Positions 37,608 to 51,975 of a stretch of 64,000 nt of DNA are shown in pieces. The DNA is from Camelus dromedarius (lineage: Eukaryota), in the NCBI RefSeq assembly GCF_036321535.1, contig NC_087436.1:69442001-69506000 (forward strand). Reading direction: 5' to 3'. Every line of letters begins with the position of its first letter. The stretch's first letter is position 1. Position numbers and translations under genes: made by a program. The notes under the pieces were generated by a model. It did not search any database and was not told where the DNA came from. It was given only the letters and a program-made list of their open reading frames with translations.

Positions 37608-39640
37608 AAAGAAGTTGAAAATTTCCTGACAGCTGGAAGCCGGAATGACATCTCACTTGCAATAATTACATGTTTCTGATTTCACTACATTTTGGCTACA
37701 AAATAATACTGATAAAATTATGGTTGAAACTTCTGTATATTTTTCTCAACTTCACTGTCATTAATTAGAGATGTCACCTATACAGAAAGCAGTTTTCAGG
37801 GGAAAATGAAATTTAGAAAACATTATTTAAAAAAAAATTCTTGCTGAAGAAATGCCAAGGCATCGTTAGTCTTTTTTTCCCTCTAGCTGTTTCTTATGCA
37901 CAAGAAAGTCTGAAAACCGCTAGGCTAGGTAATCACACACGTTGCAAATAATTAGAAAAAGAAATAACACTTTATAGAATTTAATGAATAAAGAATTGAT
38001 GCCTTATTCCTAAAATTCAGAAAACCTACTTTATAATAAGAAACATAGCAACCATAAATTGTCCACTCTTAACTTGGAGAACAAGTATTGATTGGAATGC
38101 GAGCTAATACACATGCAATTTATGTTTCTCCAATTTATAACCTGCTATGAGAAACTGTTAGAAATGAATTCTCTGATCTCTATTTTTTCTTTCATCTCGA
38201 AAAATTGTGTCTTCCTATTTATGGAAGGGCAAGAAAAGAAGTTAAAGAAAGAGAATACTGAGATACAGGAAAAGAATATAATAAATATTTTGCCTGAATA
38301 TAAAATCATATTTGTTTAAGCACAGCACACAGTTTTATTTCATGCAACTCTAATGATTAATATCAAAATTATTTAACTATGCTTATAGAAAAATATTGAA
38401 AATGAGTAGTAAAATTTTTCAAACTGAATTGCTTATAAAAATACATAACTATTGTGAAAGAACAAATAAAATTTTAAAAGAAATTAGTTTTTTAAAAATT
38501 TCCTTTAATCAGCTTGGAAAGGCTTGCTTTTTTCTCGTAACTTTGGCAAGTCAGTTCCTTATTTTTTCCAAGATGGTGGTATAAACATGACTTTATATAT
38601 GGATTGAAATATAAGATGTCCTTGATACATTTTGGAATAACTAGAAGTTTAGCCACCAAGCTCTGTTGTATGGCTATTTTCCAGTTAACAGTAAAGTTCT
38701 TGTCAGTGACTTTATGATCACTGGTTACTGGTCATGAGAGAATGTACAGGAAATGATCTAGAGAAAAATACATCTACTTTGCTTTCAAGGCCAGGAGTTA
38801 AGTCCTTACTATAGTTGCCTATGTATCCTGAAGTGATAAATCTCCAGCTGCAGTTCCCAAAAACACAATAGTGTGGCAAAAACATGAGAACAGAAAATTC
38901 TCACTGTGTTTGATTCATCAGGACTAAGGCCAATTTATTTTTTCCTCTCTTTTTTTTTTTTTTTTTGCATTCTTTTTACAATTTGGACTTCTGTAATTTA
39001 AAAGAAATAACAAAGCTTATAGGAACTAAAGGCTAATATTATGTTAAATTTGTAAAAATAGAGATTAGTGTAGTACTCTGGGAATTTGTGTTTTGATGAC
39101 TAGTAAAATTGTTGTGAATAGTATGTCATTATTTTTGTTTTTTTGTTCATGAATATGTATGTATAATTGTGATTGTTGAATCATCTTAACATTTTAAGTA
39201 GCCCTCACAGAAACTTTATTTTTTCTATTTATTTGAATTATTTGTGGGGAAAACAAGTTGCTATTATTTTTTAAAGTCTAAGATATATTAAAATCTACAG
39301 AGATGTCAGAATTAATGCAATTTATTGCATTAACTTGTTTTCTTCCTCCACCGTGCAAATTGTTATTTTTGTTTCCATTTCTATTTCTTTCTAACTAATC
39401 TTGAAAATTTTCCTTTGCATTGAGAATCTTTTCTTTTTGTGATTGTGGCAAGGAATGTAGAGTAACCATTTTCATCCTGTCTTTGTGTTAAGATTCATAT
39501 AGTCCTCACACACCAAAACCATGGGGTTATGTGCTCAGTGTTATTGAACCTGATTTTATAAACAGGAATATTAATAAAACTTAATAGCAGAATGTTTAGA
39601 ACTGTAAGGGGACTTTGAAATAATCTAGTTGATTGCCCTT

Positions 39641-40464
39641 TGTGGTATAATTTAAAAATACATATTTGGACTTTTTTTGGTTCCTGGCACAGAGCTCCTA
39701 AAACCCTTGGAATTCCCGGAGTGGCAAGAATGTCTTGTCATTCTTAATGAGATCCTTTTGACCATACCTGAGTTTATGCTTATGAAGTGACTCTTGGGGG
39801 GCACCTGGATAGCTTCATTGTGGGACTGGTTGGCAGAAGAAAAACCAGCCACTAGATTAGAGAGTTAGAATTTTTCAGTCTCACCCCCAACCTCCCGGGA
39901 GGGGAGAGAAACTAGAGATTGGGTTCAGTCACCAATGACTAATGATTAAACTAACCATGTCTGTGTAATAGAACTTTGATTAAGAACTCTGAAGCAACAG
40001 GGTTAAGGAAACTTCCCGGATTGGTGAACACATTGACTTAATGGGAAGAGGATGCCCAGAGAGGGCACAGAAGTTCTGCACACTCCTACCCCCTCAATTC
40101 CTTGTCCTATGAGCCTCTTCCATTTGGTTGTTCCTGAGTTGTAGACTTTAGAATAAAACTGCAGTTCTAAATATAGGGTTTTCCTGAGTTTTGTAAGTCA
40201 TTCCAGCAAATTTTTGAATCCAAGGTGTGCATTGTGGGAACCCCCCTGAATTTATAGTTGCCTGGGCTGAAGTACAAGTAGCCTGGGGGCCCCATCTGTG
40301 GCTAGCAACTGAGTGGGGGCCGTCTTATGGGACTGAGCCCTTAACCTATGAGGTCTGAGCCAACTCTGTGCTTCCCCTGTGAGCTTAATTAGTGTTAGGA
40401 GTGAATTGAATTGTAGAGCCTTCAGCTGATATTATAGAATTATTTGTTGTTGGAACATCAAACA
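39641..40464 (+). mobile_element. MER21-like ERVL solo LTR
   Basis: tgtggtata...ggttcctggcacagagctcctaaaacccttggaattcc...CA. 5-bp TSD CCCTT at 39636-39640 and 40465-40469. Confidence 0.8.
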
Positions 40465-41614
40465 CCCTTTTTCTAGTTTCCTCAATACTGATGGAAAGTT
40501 TAAAACTAAGACATGGTAAGTGATACACCTAAAATCGTGCTGCAGACGACAGAGGAAAGCAGCAAAACTGGCAGGAGACTCGGGGCTTCCTGACTGTAAG
40601 TGCAACGGTCCCTGCTCTGCAGCACGCTGGCCTTCCACTCCTTCCACTTTAATTTCTGCTTTACCTGGTAGCTACCATCTCAGCTAAACGGAGGAGTCTG
40701 TGGCTTACACTTTTCCATGCTTTATCCCCCTTAATAAACTATTCCATGTCCCAGTGAGATGATAAAAAGGTAAGTGGCCCATGAGTCACTTCGGCTCCTG
40801 AGAATTTTTACTTCCCACTTTCCCCCCACTCTCAACGCTGGGGTTTTATTGGAAAACTGGGTATTCCTGGTCCCAGGTTATAATTAAATTATTCCTTAAG
40901 AATGTATGATTAAGAAATTTATATTTAGTTTTAATAATTTTAGGAATTCCAGTTCCTAAAAATTGGTCTTTTTCTTTTGTCTTTTAATTTTTATTAGCTT
41001 TTGCATTCAGATTTACAACTATTGCACAAACATGGTCATGACAACCAGTTGTTTAATGAAAATAATTCAGTTATTTCAGAGTTATTTAGTGATAAATTTG
41101 AAAACTTTTCCTTCCCTTCTTCTCAGACTTTTAATACTCTCCCATCCCCTGCCTAATGTTAATCATTTGTTGTGCATTTTTCCTATTTCTATGCTCCTAC
41201 ACATATATACCAACATACACTCTAATATGAATATGTGTATGGGCATGTATACGTGCGTGTATATGTATATTACATGGATACATATAGCATATCTATTATT
41301 TATTGATACTGTTGTCTATGATATGTTTTTGGTAAAATGATATCACATTATGCATGTTAATCTTGAGAAGGAAAATACTAGCTTTGACAGTTGTCAGCTG
41401 GCGACTGGCCTAGCATTATCACCTTGGCCATGTTTTCTATTTAGTATAAAAGATTTCACAGAACACTGATATCAGCTGAAATCACTCTGTGACTGGATAA
41501 GTGAGCCAAAACAAGATCACTCTGTAATTATGTCTAAGCCCAGACAAAAAACAAGAACACAGTGGAACTGCAAAAATAATTAAATATCCCTCTCTCTGCT
41601 AATGTGAGTGATTG

Positions 41615-42032
41615 ATTTTTTTTTGTATATAGATACTTTTATTGAAGTATAGTCAGTTTACAATGTTGTGTCAATTTCTGGTGTACAGCATAATGCTTCA
41701 GTCATATATGAGCATGCATATATTCATTTTCATATTCTTTTCTACTATAAGTTACTACAAGATATTGAATATAGTTCCCTGTGCTATACAGTATGAACTT
41801 GTTGTTTATCTAGCTTATATATATATATTAGTTAGTATTTACAAATCGAACACCCAGTTTATCCCTTCCCACCCCCTTCCCCCACTGGTAACCATAAGAT
41901 TGTTTTCTATGTCTGTGAGTCTGTTTCTGTCTTGTAAACAAGTTTGTCTTTTTTTTTTTTTAGACTCCACATATGAGTGATATCATATGGTATTTTTTTT
42001 TCTCTTTCTGGCCTACTTCACTTAGAATGAAG
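41615..42032 (-). mobile_element. Young L1 3' end inserted into an older LTR-like element (~41363-42215)
   Basis: Poly(T), ttttattgaagtatagtcagtttacaatgttgtg...cttacttcacttagaatga. Confidence 0.85.
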
Positions 42033-43517
42033 ATCTCCAGAACACATTGTCTAATTTTACCTGTTCCATAGTTCTCAACCAGCCTAAACAAAGCACTTTT
42101 CCTAGAAATAATTAACTTCACAAAATATTGTACAAAACAAAATATCTTATATGTCTTAATTGCTGTGAACAATAACTGTATGGAATGTGTACTCAGTGTT
42201 CCCACTTGGAGTAACAAGAGTAGTGAGTGCCCTGCTGATGACTGGACATCCTGTAACTTTTATTCAGACAAATAATGATACACATAGGCGGAAGTATATT
42301 AACATTTTCATCTCTACTGACTCATGTGGCAGTAAAATAAGTTAACATGTCAATGTAAAGAGAGAAGAGGAAGGAGAGTCATTTTATAAGTTACTATTTT
42401 TTATTTTTACCAAATAAAAAACAAGCTTAGACTGGCCCACTTCTAACATCTACTTGGTCAGGACACGAGGTACAAATGGAAGCCTTGGCTCACAGCCCAA
42501 CCTAGCTCCATTTGCCTCCCCAAAGGGCTTCATATAAATGTATCTGGACAAACTAAGCCACAAGTTCAAGCTCTGTTCACAGCCCTTGTTCCAAACAAAA
42601 AACCACCTCTTGACCATCCTTCATGCCTTGGGGTAAACATGCCTCCAGCGGAGATTTGCCCTGAGGAGGAAGGACCTGGAAAGAAATCTTCATAGATCTG
42701 GGAGTGAGCAAGGGCTCTGGGAGCAGGGGATTCGAGGATTTGGGACCCCGAAACATGATCAAGAAGGAGGGACAGACTCCCTGGATCCACAGACTCTTTG
42801 CCCCATGCAGACAGGTGCAGCCGGAGAAGGGCCAGATTTTGACTCTCTAAAGCTTATGAGCAAGTAATAGCCAGGAATACATTTCTTCCAACTAAAGTAA
42901 GACTAACCATCAGATTAAAAATTCTGGAGGACTAAGCTGAAGAGCAGGTGAAAGGTAAGGAACAGTAGCACCATGAAAGCCCAGTCTGGCAGAGAATGGG
43001 GACAGTGAGGCTGAGCAGTGACGGATGCTTTTCACTTTGTGACATGCTCTAGCTGTTTGCTGTTTTTTCTTAATTAGGTCACAAGAGGTTGACCTTCTTG
43101 CTCCTATTTCTACACAGGCACCTAATGCTTTTAATCAGGACTTCGTTCGTCTTTTACTGACAGCAGGAATCAGCTGTCTTACAGAGCCTCTGCTTGTGCT
43201 TTTGAGAGTCAAAGGTGAGGGCCGTATAAAGGTATTCTTACTATGAAGGCTAGTATGCGTGCTAGCCATCTCTCACCTGCAAACGTTCTTCTCTTATGAC
43301 AGTTCACAGTGTAGTTTTGTGTGATTTCAATACTAGAAAGAAAACATAGGGGAGTAATTACTATCCCTTCCCACTGTGCTTTTATTTAGAATCAATAGAG
43401 AAAAAATAGCAACAATTAACACATAATGATATATTTTATTCCAGTGAATAAAATAAAAGTCAATGAAGATTTCAACTGCAATATGAAATTGTGTTTAATT
43501 ATTATTAACATTATTTT

Positions 43518-43740
43518 GGTGGTTTAAAAACAACATGGCTATAAATTTTTTAACATTCTTCTTAATATAAGGAGGTCTTTGCCACCTCCCCTTGAGTATG
43601 GGTAGGCTTGTGATGGCTTTAATTAAAAGAATACGTCAGAAATGACACCGACTTTCTGATGCTAGATCATAACATAATATGTAACAACCACCTTGTTTGT
43701 TGGTACACTTTCTCTTGGAGCCCTGAGTTTCCTAGAATAA
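43518..43740 (+). mobile_element. MaLR LTR fragment (MLT1-like)
   Basis: cctccccttgagtatgggtaggcttgtgatggctttaa...ctcttggagccctgag. Confidence 0.55.
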
Positions 43741-45137
43741 GTCTTTCAACTCCCTGCAAATCATCTCCTTAAACATCTGCATTATCTCCTTCCTCTGGAG
43801 ACATTTTTGCTTTTTTCCCAGCAGGCATCTGTATTTACAGAAGAATAGTATTTGGCAATTTTTAACACTCCTCTCAACAGAAGTGAGTTGGTGATTGAGG
43901 AGAATTATACTTAGACAAGATGTGTTTATTTCCATTGTAAGGAAGAAGAACAATGAAGTGAGTTTTCTGTGATTACATAGCTACTTAGGCAGAATTAGAA
44001 ATCAGTTTCCAGCTCTGAATGCCTCTGCTCAATTCATGCTGCCCATTTTTGTCACTTAGACTTTCTAACTTGACTGTGTACTCAAGAGTTCTTTTTAATT
44101 TCACAAGATAGAAGGTCCTAATAGTATTTTATCTCAAGCTGTTACACTCTAGTTAAAATTCCAAAGCTTAGCTCTTTAAAAAGGTATTTTTAAAAAATTG
44201 AATAAGCCTTTTTAAAGCAAAGAAACAAACTGATTGTCCAACTTATTGCCTGTAAGAGTTACATGCATTTTTTCTAAATTCAAAATTATCAGGAGATATG
44301 GTAAAGTTATTGGGATTATTTTTAACATGTGTAGTGAGATGGAAGGGTCAAGAGTACACTAACATTGTGGGGAAAAGGAAATTTGAGAGGGAAAGAGGAG
44401 AGAATAAACTCTTTTTTCATTTTAGAATTTTTACAAAGAACCCTTATTGAACTGTATTATGATTTTGTAAATCATTTTGCATGGTGTTTGAAAATCAGGA
44501 CAAAGCGAGAAAATATGCATGAACTCAGTTTGAAAAGCATTCATACCTCTTTAGTGACATTGTACTTAGCAAGATTATTTTCTCTTCAAACAAAAATCTA
44601 ATATGTCTTATTGGTTTTCAGGATCCAAGAGTTGTTTTGTCTACAATAAGCCATGAAACATAAAATTAGGCTCATGTTTATTTCTTTGAGTTTCACGTAC
44701 TCTTTGCAGGAGCCACATGAGAGTGTGAAAGTTGGCTTGGATAGTGTTGTTTTTTGGCAACCATATCACATAGCATCTCATTATCACTCATGTCAGAATG
44801 TTCTCACTATCTGGAAATTTCACTGGCCAAATGCCTTGAACTAAAGACACCTGTAATAGCTAAACAGGGCAGATCAACACAATTACAAAACAAAGTGTTG
44901 TCTAAGGCAGTTCATAACTGCTTCCCAGTTCTAGGCATGCCTGTGTTTTGATCTGTTAAGGATTTTGGAATTCTTCTTATATATTACATTTAAAAACTGA
45001 AAATATAATTCTGTCCATAAAAATCCAGTAAGAATTTATTGATGCAGGACACAATACCAAAACTTCAATAATATATTGTTTTCAAATGTGATCCTTCCTT
45101 CATGGTACAGACTAATAGCTTGGGAATATACTGGCTC

Positions 45138-45150
45138 GTGTGTGTGTGTA

Positions 45151-45181
<31 letters not shown>
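45138..45181. repeat. (TG)n microsatellite, interrupted
   Basis: Seen directly. Confidence 0.9.
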
Positions 45182-45369
45182 TGTGAGTGTATGTCTCCCA
45201 TCCTGCCTTGCTTGTTTTCAGACATACTGTCTCATGTTTGCTTTTAGATGGCATTATGTTACTTTCAGAGTTAAATGTGTTTTTGCCAGTCTAGTGTTTA
45301 GAGATCAGTACAGATTTGTTCTCTGAAATAAAATTTCCTCTGAAAATGAGTTCACTAATGTGAAGAATA

Positions 45370-45610
45370 TCTAACATTTATTGAGCCCTACTATGTATGA
45401 ATCGTAGTTCTAAGAGCTTGACGCCAGTTTACTAATTTCACCCTCAGTATAATTCCATGAGTAAGAAGTATAGTTATGCTCATTTTTACAGAAGAGGAAA
45501 CTGAGGCAGAGAGATGCAGTGACCTGACAAATATCACCCTACCAGTAAATGGCATGGCCATGATTTGAGCACAGGCACTCTAGCTCCAAAACTTGCTATC
45601 TTAACAATTC
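45370..45610 (-). mobile_element. MIR
   Basis: aacatttattgagccctactatgt...catttttacagaagaggaaactgaggcagagagatg core. Confidence 0.85.
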
Positions 45611-48600
45611 TAATGGATGGTCTCAATGATAATACTACTAGCATAGCAATGACTATTTCTACATGCTTTTGATGTACTGCGCATGATGTTCCATGTCCAG
45701 TGTGTGAGATTTTGCATATGTTATATCATTACCATTTTATTTCATTCACCAAAGAACATTATGAAATCTTTTTTAGCAATGGTGAAACAAAATTAGACAT
45801 GCTAACTAATTTGCCATATCATGTTAACTAGTAACTGGGAGCATCCAGATGCTCTGAGGGTTTGGGTTTTTTTTTTTGTATCTAAAGACTAAACTCATTT
45901 TACTTTTGTGCCTTGCTGTTTTGCAATATTATTTGTTTATATCTGTGTGTTGGTGGGGGGAAGGGGTGTGTGTTAGATGGTAACAGGGAAGACTTTGGAT
46001 GGTTTAACAAAATAATTGATTTCAGCTTCAAATAAAAGATCAAACCTGGCACCAAATTGTGCAAACAGAAAATATTGCTTTGAGGGAAGTCATGTATCTT
46101 AGAAATGAATCTAGATGAAGCTTTTTTGGACAAGCAAAAAACTAAAACGCTTTTTGGAGATTAGGTAAGTCAAATAAATGCATAAGTCAGCAAGAGGCAG
46201 TAGGCAGTCTTATGTTGAACTGGAGACTATGTATCCTGGCTAAAGATATTCAAATTCTTTAAAAAGTAAAGATCAAACAAAGAAACCGCCCAGCACCAGT
46301 AACAGCAGTGAAAATTCTGCTGGCCTAACAAGATACTTCAAAAGTCAATTCTGGTTTACCACTAATTGCAGACAATAATCAATATCTCATTTTCAAAAGT
46401 AAATGATTGCATCAGGGATTCAAACACAAGTAGACACTCAACTTCATACATTTTGTACATAAAATCCTCAACGTAGGAAAAGGAAAACCAATTTGTTTAA
46501 AATAACTTTCTATTTTCTATGAACTAAGAAAGGCTTGCCACTTTTGCATGTCACTGAAATCTGACAGTCATTTTTATTTAAGTAAAAAAATAGCACAATG
46601 AAACCTAGGTATAGATTATGCCCATTTTAGGTCACAATCACATAGAGGTAAAAGCAGAGTCATACACACAGTATGAAACCATATTTTTCTGTTTTCACTT
46701 CACGTACTCTGCACAAGCTTCAGTTGCCCTAAAATTTCTCCAGAATTGTTTCTGGAAATGGTCAGGGGTTGTCTCAGGTGATGTCCCAGCTCCTGTGGTG
46801 GTCCCTGATTTCCTCTCTCCAGTCCCAGCTCAGGGAGGCATATCTCCTCTGCTGCCAGTGTCCATGTGGTAACTTTTAGATTCTTCTCAAAGCCATGATT
46901 CCTGAAGTTATCAAATCTTGCCAGTTTCCATGTTCATTATGCTGAGGGGTGAAAGCACGAAGAGTTTTCTCAGCTTTACCTGCCCTTGTATTGTGAAACT
47001 CAATGACAGGGACAGAGGGAAATCTGAATGACAGTTCCCAGGGCAGCACTGGGAATGACCTCACCCCATGAGAAGCTGCCCTTTGTGTGTGAACCACACT
47101 TGGTGCTTTGACTATCTTCCCCTCCTGAGTAAGCTGTGTGGATCCACACTTGGAGAGTTGTATTTAAATCCTTCCTGCCACTACAGATATATCTAGACAA
47201 CCTACAGATCTGTCTGCCTATAAACCATCTCTTGGAGGTCACTTACTGTAAAAAATTTCTTTGTGAGTATTTGGGAATGTCATCTTTTTAAAAAAAAATC
47301 CTTTTCAATAAAGAAGTAATCTGTTCACTCATTTGTCACCCTTATCAATGTAAAATTTGAAAACATATTTATCCTAAGGTTAACAAAACAAGACAAAACC
47401 AAAAAAAAATATTGTCTCACATTCTAGAATGAACAAAATATGTTAATAATATCCATTTCTCCAATTTATATTGTGTAGTGCCTTACAGTTTACATGAGTG
47501 TATTCAAAACCCTTTAGTTAATACTGAGTTGGTGACTTTACTGTGCTAGAAACTGAGAAAAAACAAAATTAGTTCCAGGTAATTCCCAACTAGGATCTGT
47601 CTATATGCCCATACAAGGGGGGTTTACACCTGGAGGAACAGAACGAAATATTTTTTGTGGCCAGAATTACAGTCAGGAGGTAGAAAAGTGCAGGTAGACA
47701 GAGACTGCACAGTTATTTCCCCTACATTTACCAATTTGATATAGGACTTAAGTTATAAGACTTAACTCACCAGGGTTAGAGTTTGTAAAGTAGAAGGAAG
47801 AGACTTGAGTTAATTAGCAGAGTTCCTTTCACAGAAAGGGAACACAGTCAGGAAGAAACCTTTCCCATGAATATTCTTTCAATATTTGTTCTCTTTATTC
47901 ATTGGATTTGACTATTCAACTGTGATCAATACGGGATAAGGTCATTGCCCTTAAGGAATGGGATCAATAGTTTAATCAGGACTGTCTTGGTACCAACTTG
48001 GCAAGGCCATTCCTCCAATATCAGTCTATCCTTCTGGGACTGCAGGTGGGTAGTTAGGTTTTGCCCATAAAAACTGGTGAAATAATTCAAAACAACACAT
48101 TAATGAAGACAACTCAAAGGTCATTCTACAATGTACTCCCTATTCTATTTCTCAGCCAAATTATGTCCTGTCATGAGGATTAAAATAGATTATCAGAGAT
48201 TCTGCAGTGAATTTAGATAATATAATTAGGATAAAATGCAAAAATTATAATAAGTAAATGCCAATATCATAAAGATGTTGTAAATTTGACTATGTTCCTA
48301 CTTCCTTTATCAAATTCCTAAGGTAAGTCAAAAGTTAAACAGTAAATCCCATTTCAACTTTAAGTCCAAAGAAACCAAATACCAAAATAATACTTTTCTG
48401 CTTTTGTGAAACAAATGTCCATAATGCAAACTACTTCTCTCCTTTTCAAATTCTACTCAGTCATAGCCAGATGGGTTCCTAGCAATTTGTGGAGACAAGA
48501 GTTCTCTCAGCAGTTGCAGCCTAAATTTTTCCTCATTAGAACAGGCTTGGTTCTTCAGGGTCTCAGAAAATCTTAGGCAACTTTCTAATGTGCACTACAT

Positions 48601-48851
48601 TAAAAGGTGCAAAGAGTTAGGAAGATACAAAAAATACTACAACCCTATCACCACTTCCAGTACATTTAGAAAAGAAACTACTCCCTAAAGCAATTATTCC
48701 AGGCAAACTTGAGCTTATAAAACTCAATATTTGATATTTGACAAGATTATAGCAGCAACTCAATGGTATTTGAGGAAAGGAATAATTATTCCTAGTTTTA
48801 ACTTTTCCAGGGTGCCATTTAGTTTATAAGGATTCATATGTCCAGATACTA

Positions 48852-49348
48852 TGTGAATCTTCAGGGTTCCCTAGAGAAACAAAACTAATAATATAAATAC
48901 TATATATGTATATGTGTATATATATATATATGCATGCACACATATATACAAACATACATATATATGGAGGGGTATAAGTGACTGTGAGTGGGTGTAAAGA
49001 GATTTATTTTGAGAAATTTACTCCTATGATTTTGGGGGCTGACAAGTCCAAAATCCAAAGGCAGGCTGGCAGACTGGAAATCAGGCAAGAGTTGTTGCAG
49101 TCCTGAGTTTGTCTGCTGGCAGGCTATACTGGGCAAGGTTTTTATGTTACAGCCTTGAGGCAGAATTCCTTCTCAGAAAAACCTAGTTTTTTGTTCTTAG
49201 AAAGATAATCTCCTTTACTTAAAGCTAACTGATTAGAAATGCTAATCACACTTACAAAATATTTTCACAGCACCATCTAAGCTATTATTTGACCAAACAA
49301 CTGGGCACTATAGCTTAGCCAAGCTGACACATAAAATTAACCATCAGA
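48852..49348 (-). mobile_element. ERVL LTR (MLT2-like)
   Basis: cagggttccctagagaaacaaaac...ggcaggctggcagactggaaatcagg...aagctgacacataaaattaaccatca. Confidence 0.85.
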
Positions 49349-51684
49349 CTATGACCTGTGAACTTAAAATCAGCTGTGGACAAATTCCCAGGAAGATGTT
49401 CATTTTGATTCTATATTGGAGAGATCAGTACACGAGGGAATCCATCTAAGCAAGCTGTGGTTAAATAAATCAATAGCCGATTTGAGGTTATGTCATGGGA
49501 GATGGGTATCCCTTGAGTGTGTGTTCAGCATCAGACAGGTCCAAAGTTAGACTTTATACCACTCCCTCCGTGGCCCTGAGCACAGAGTAAAATTTGGGTT
49601 TATGGTTATACTGCTGTCTAGATTCAGCTAAAATCTCTTTTCTGTAACACACAGGGAACTCAACTGCTTTGCAGCTTAGATGCAGCCAAAATTGTCCTGC
49701 CAACCAATCACTAGAGTCTTAAGGATTCTTTCGCTTACAGGGAGCATTTGCTTCAGCAGCCCTAGGTGTAGAAAAGCAAGTCCTACTGCAGGGCATTAGA
49801 GATCCTGTCTTTAGGGTGCGGTCACGTATCCATGCCTGTAATTAAATCTTTGACTCTATCAAGACAAAGCAGGAAGTCCTGTTAGCATCTGCAGACTCTA
49901 TCTTGCAGACCTCCATGAATTCCCTGACACCACTAATTTGGCTGCCTTTTGCCTTGCATCCTCTCTTGGCTCTTTCCAAGGCCATTCTGATTGACTATAC
50001 CACCTCTGTCCAAGGCCCCTTTAAAAAAGGAGCACTCACCTAAGTTTAAATCATACATAAGCTAAAGTTATCTCCAAGACCACTATACCATATAGTTGAT
50101 AGAAAGCCTCTCACCAAGGCTGCAGCTGTCAAGACTGGCTCCATGAAATCTTTAATAGAGCACCAAGGGCAAAAATCTCTCCCTTTATATTAAAGTTTAA
50201 GGAACAGAAGAACCAAATGCCCTCCCCACACCAACAGATTCTCTTCATCTATGTTTTATATAAAAATTTTTACTTATTTTTCAACATTCTCAGACCAAGC
50301 TCAAGCAGGTCTTTTAGGGACCCACTAACACAAATTTTCCTGGCCCAGTTTCTGTACAATATTAAGAAATAAAACAAATGGGTAAAGGTAGAGCCAAAAT
50401 ATTACCATTATTATTGTTAGGGGCCAAGCTGGAAAACATGACTTCAGGTCTCAGCCAAAGAGAGTTACTAACCCCCAGAGTTAGAATTAATCCCTTAAGA
50501 AGGAGTAAAGTCTTACTCCCAGAAGAGAGTGGCAACAAGCAGAATATGCCAGTCATTCTCTCAAATTTTTCATGAGCAGAGTGAGTAAAGGCATAATTAT
50601 AATTTGAAATTCAAACAACCAAGCTTCCTTCACTATGAAGGAATCTCAGAAGCATGCCACTACTGCTGGGCACTGTTCATCTGTTCACATCCTCTGCTCC
50701 CCTGGCAGTCAATTTTTATTATTGTGAAATTTTGGTCCGACCTAAAGAGGGCAAAGCCCAACCTGAGAAAATGTTTTCAGTGCTTCGCTAAAAAACATCA
50801 GAAGCGCTATTCTACTGGGAATCATGCAATTGGAAGCAGTTCTATGTTAAGACAGGTCTTGGTTCCTAGAACTGCTAAATCCTTGAAAGGATGCTCTTTG
50901 TAAACTATAATTTATTCCTAACTTCACAGTTAAAGGAAAGTGGATTTATGAAGAAAAGTAGCTGAAGAAAAGTGGGTGGTTGCTGAGCTCTATTTTTAAG
51001 GTAAAAATAAAGGATCAAACAGGTCTTCTGAACCCATCTAGCAAAAAGGCTCAGATAGGCTACATTATAAACTATAAGAACTATATGACGTTCCTCAAAT
51101 TGTTAGTTTTCATTGATATTCTTGTATGCCCATTATATTCATTATCAATAAGAAGCACACAAATTTAGTCTAAAATATCAATTTGAGAAGTTGCAAGTAA
51201 TAAAAACAATTAAGTAAGAAAACTTTGGATACAGTCTGTAGCCAGTTATTGGAGACAAATGACAAATATATGACAGATGGTGACAACTTTAAAAATTTAT
51301 TAGCTTTTTGAAGAATAATTATTTTCTTTGAAGTTGATATTTCTATATGTCTTAAAATGTTCCTATAACTCTGATTATGAGCTATTGTTATAAGAGAAAG
51401 AAATAGAAAGGAAACAGAGTCATGGATTTACTATAGGTGAGGTAGGTAGAGGTTTGTTTATTAAATAAAATCATGTTTTCTCCTCCTTTCAATACGCAGT
51501 CTAAATTTTCTTTAGAAGTCATGTTTTCACTGTGGAAGTGTTAGTTAAGAAAGCAACTTAAGACCTCAAACGCTCTCAATATAATCTCTGACTTATTAGT
51601 TAAAAAATAATTATTTCCATACGTCTTTGGCAGATTAAAGCAAAGATAAATTGTCAGACAGGTGAACATGTAAATCTGACTTTA

Positions 51685-51975
51685 TATATTTTAGCTGAAA
51701 TATATTTGACGTATAACATTTGCACATTTAAGATGTACATGTCAATTTGATATATTTACATGTTGCGTGGCGAGGCCGGAAAGGCGGCCGCCCCCTCACC
51801 TGTCACGCACCGCACGTTTGTGGGGAGCCTGGTGATATATTTACATGTTGTGAGCTATTTGCCATTGTAGTGGTTTCTAGCACCTCCATCACATAGCTGA
51901 TATTTCTTGGTGGTGGTGGGAATAGTTAAGATCGCATCTCTTAGCAAGTTTGAGGATTATAACACAGCATTGTGT
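51685..51975 (-). mobile_element. Old L1 (L1MA-like) 3' end hosting the 28S insertion
   Basis: Antisense L1 3'UTR pattern (...tatatttgacgtataacatt...aagatcgcatctcttagcaagtttgagg...). Confidence 0.6.
51766..51832 (+). pseudogene. Tailless retrocopy of a 3'-region fragment of 28S rRNA
   Basis: GGCCGGAAAGGCGGCCGCCCCCTCACCTGTCACGCACCGCACGTTTGTGGGGAGCCTGG matches the mammalian 28S 3' region as I recall it, with mostly CpG-type changes. Exact 18-bp direct repeat TGATATATTTACATGTTG at 51748-51765 and 51833-51850. Confidence 0.9.
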
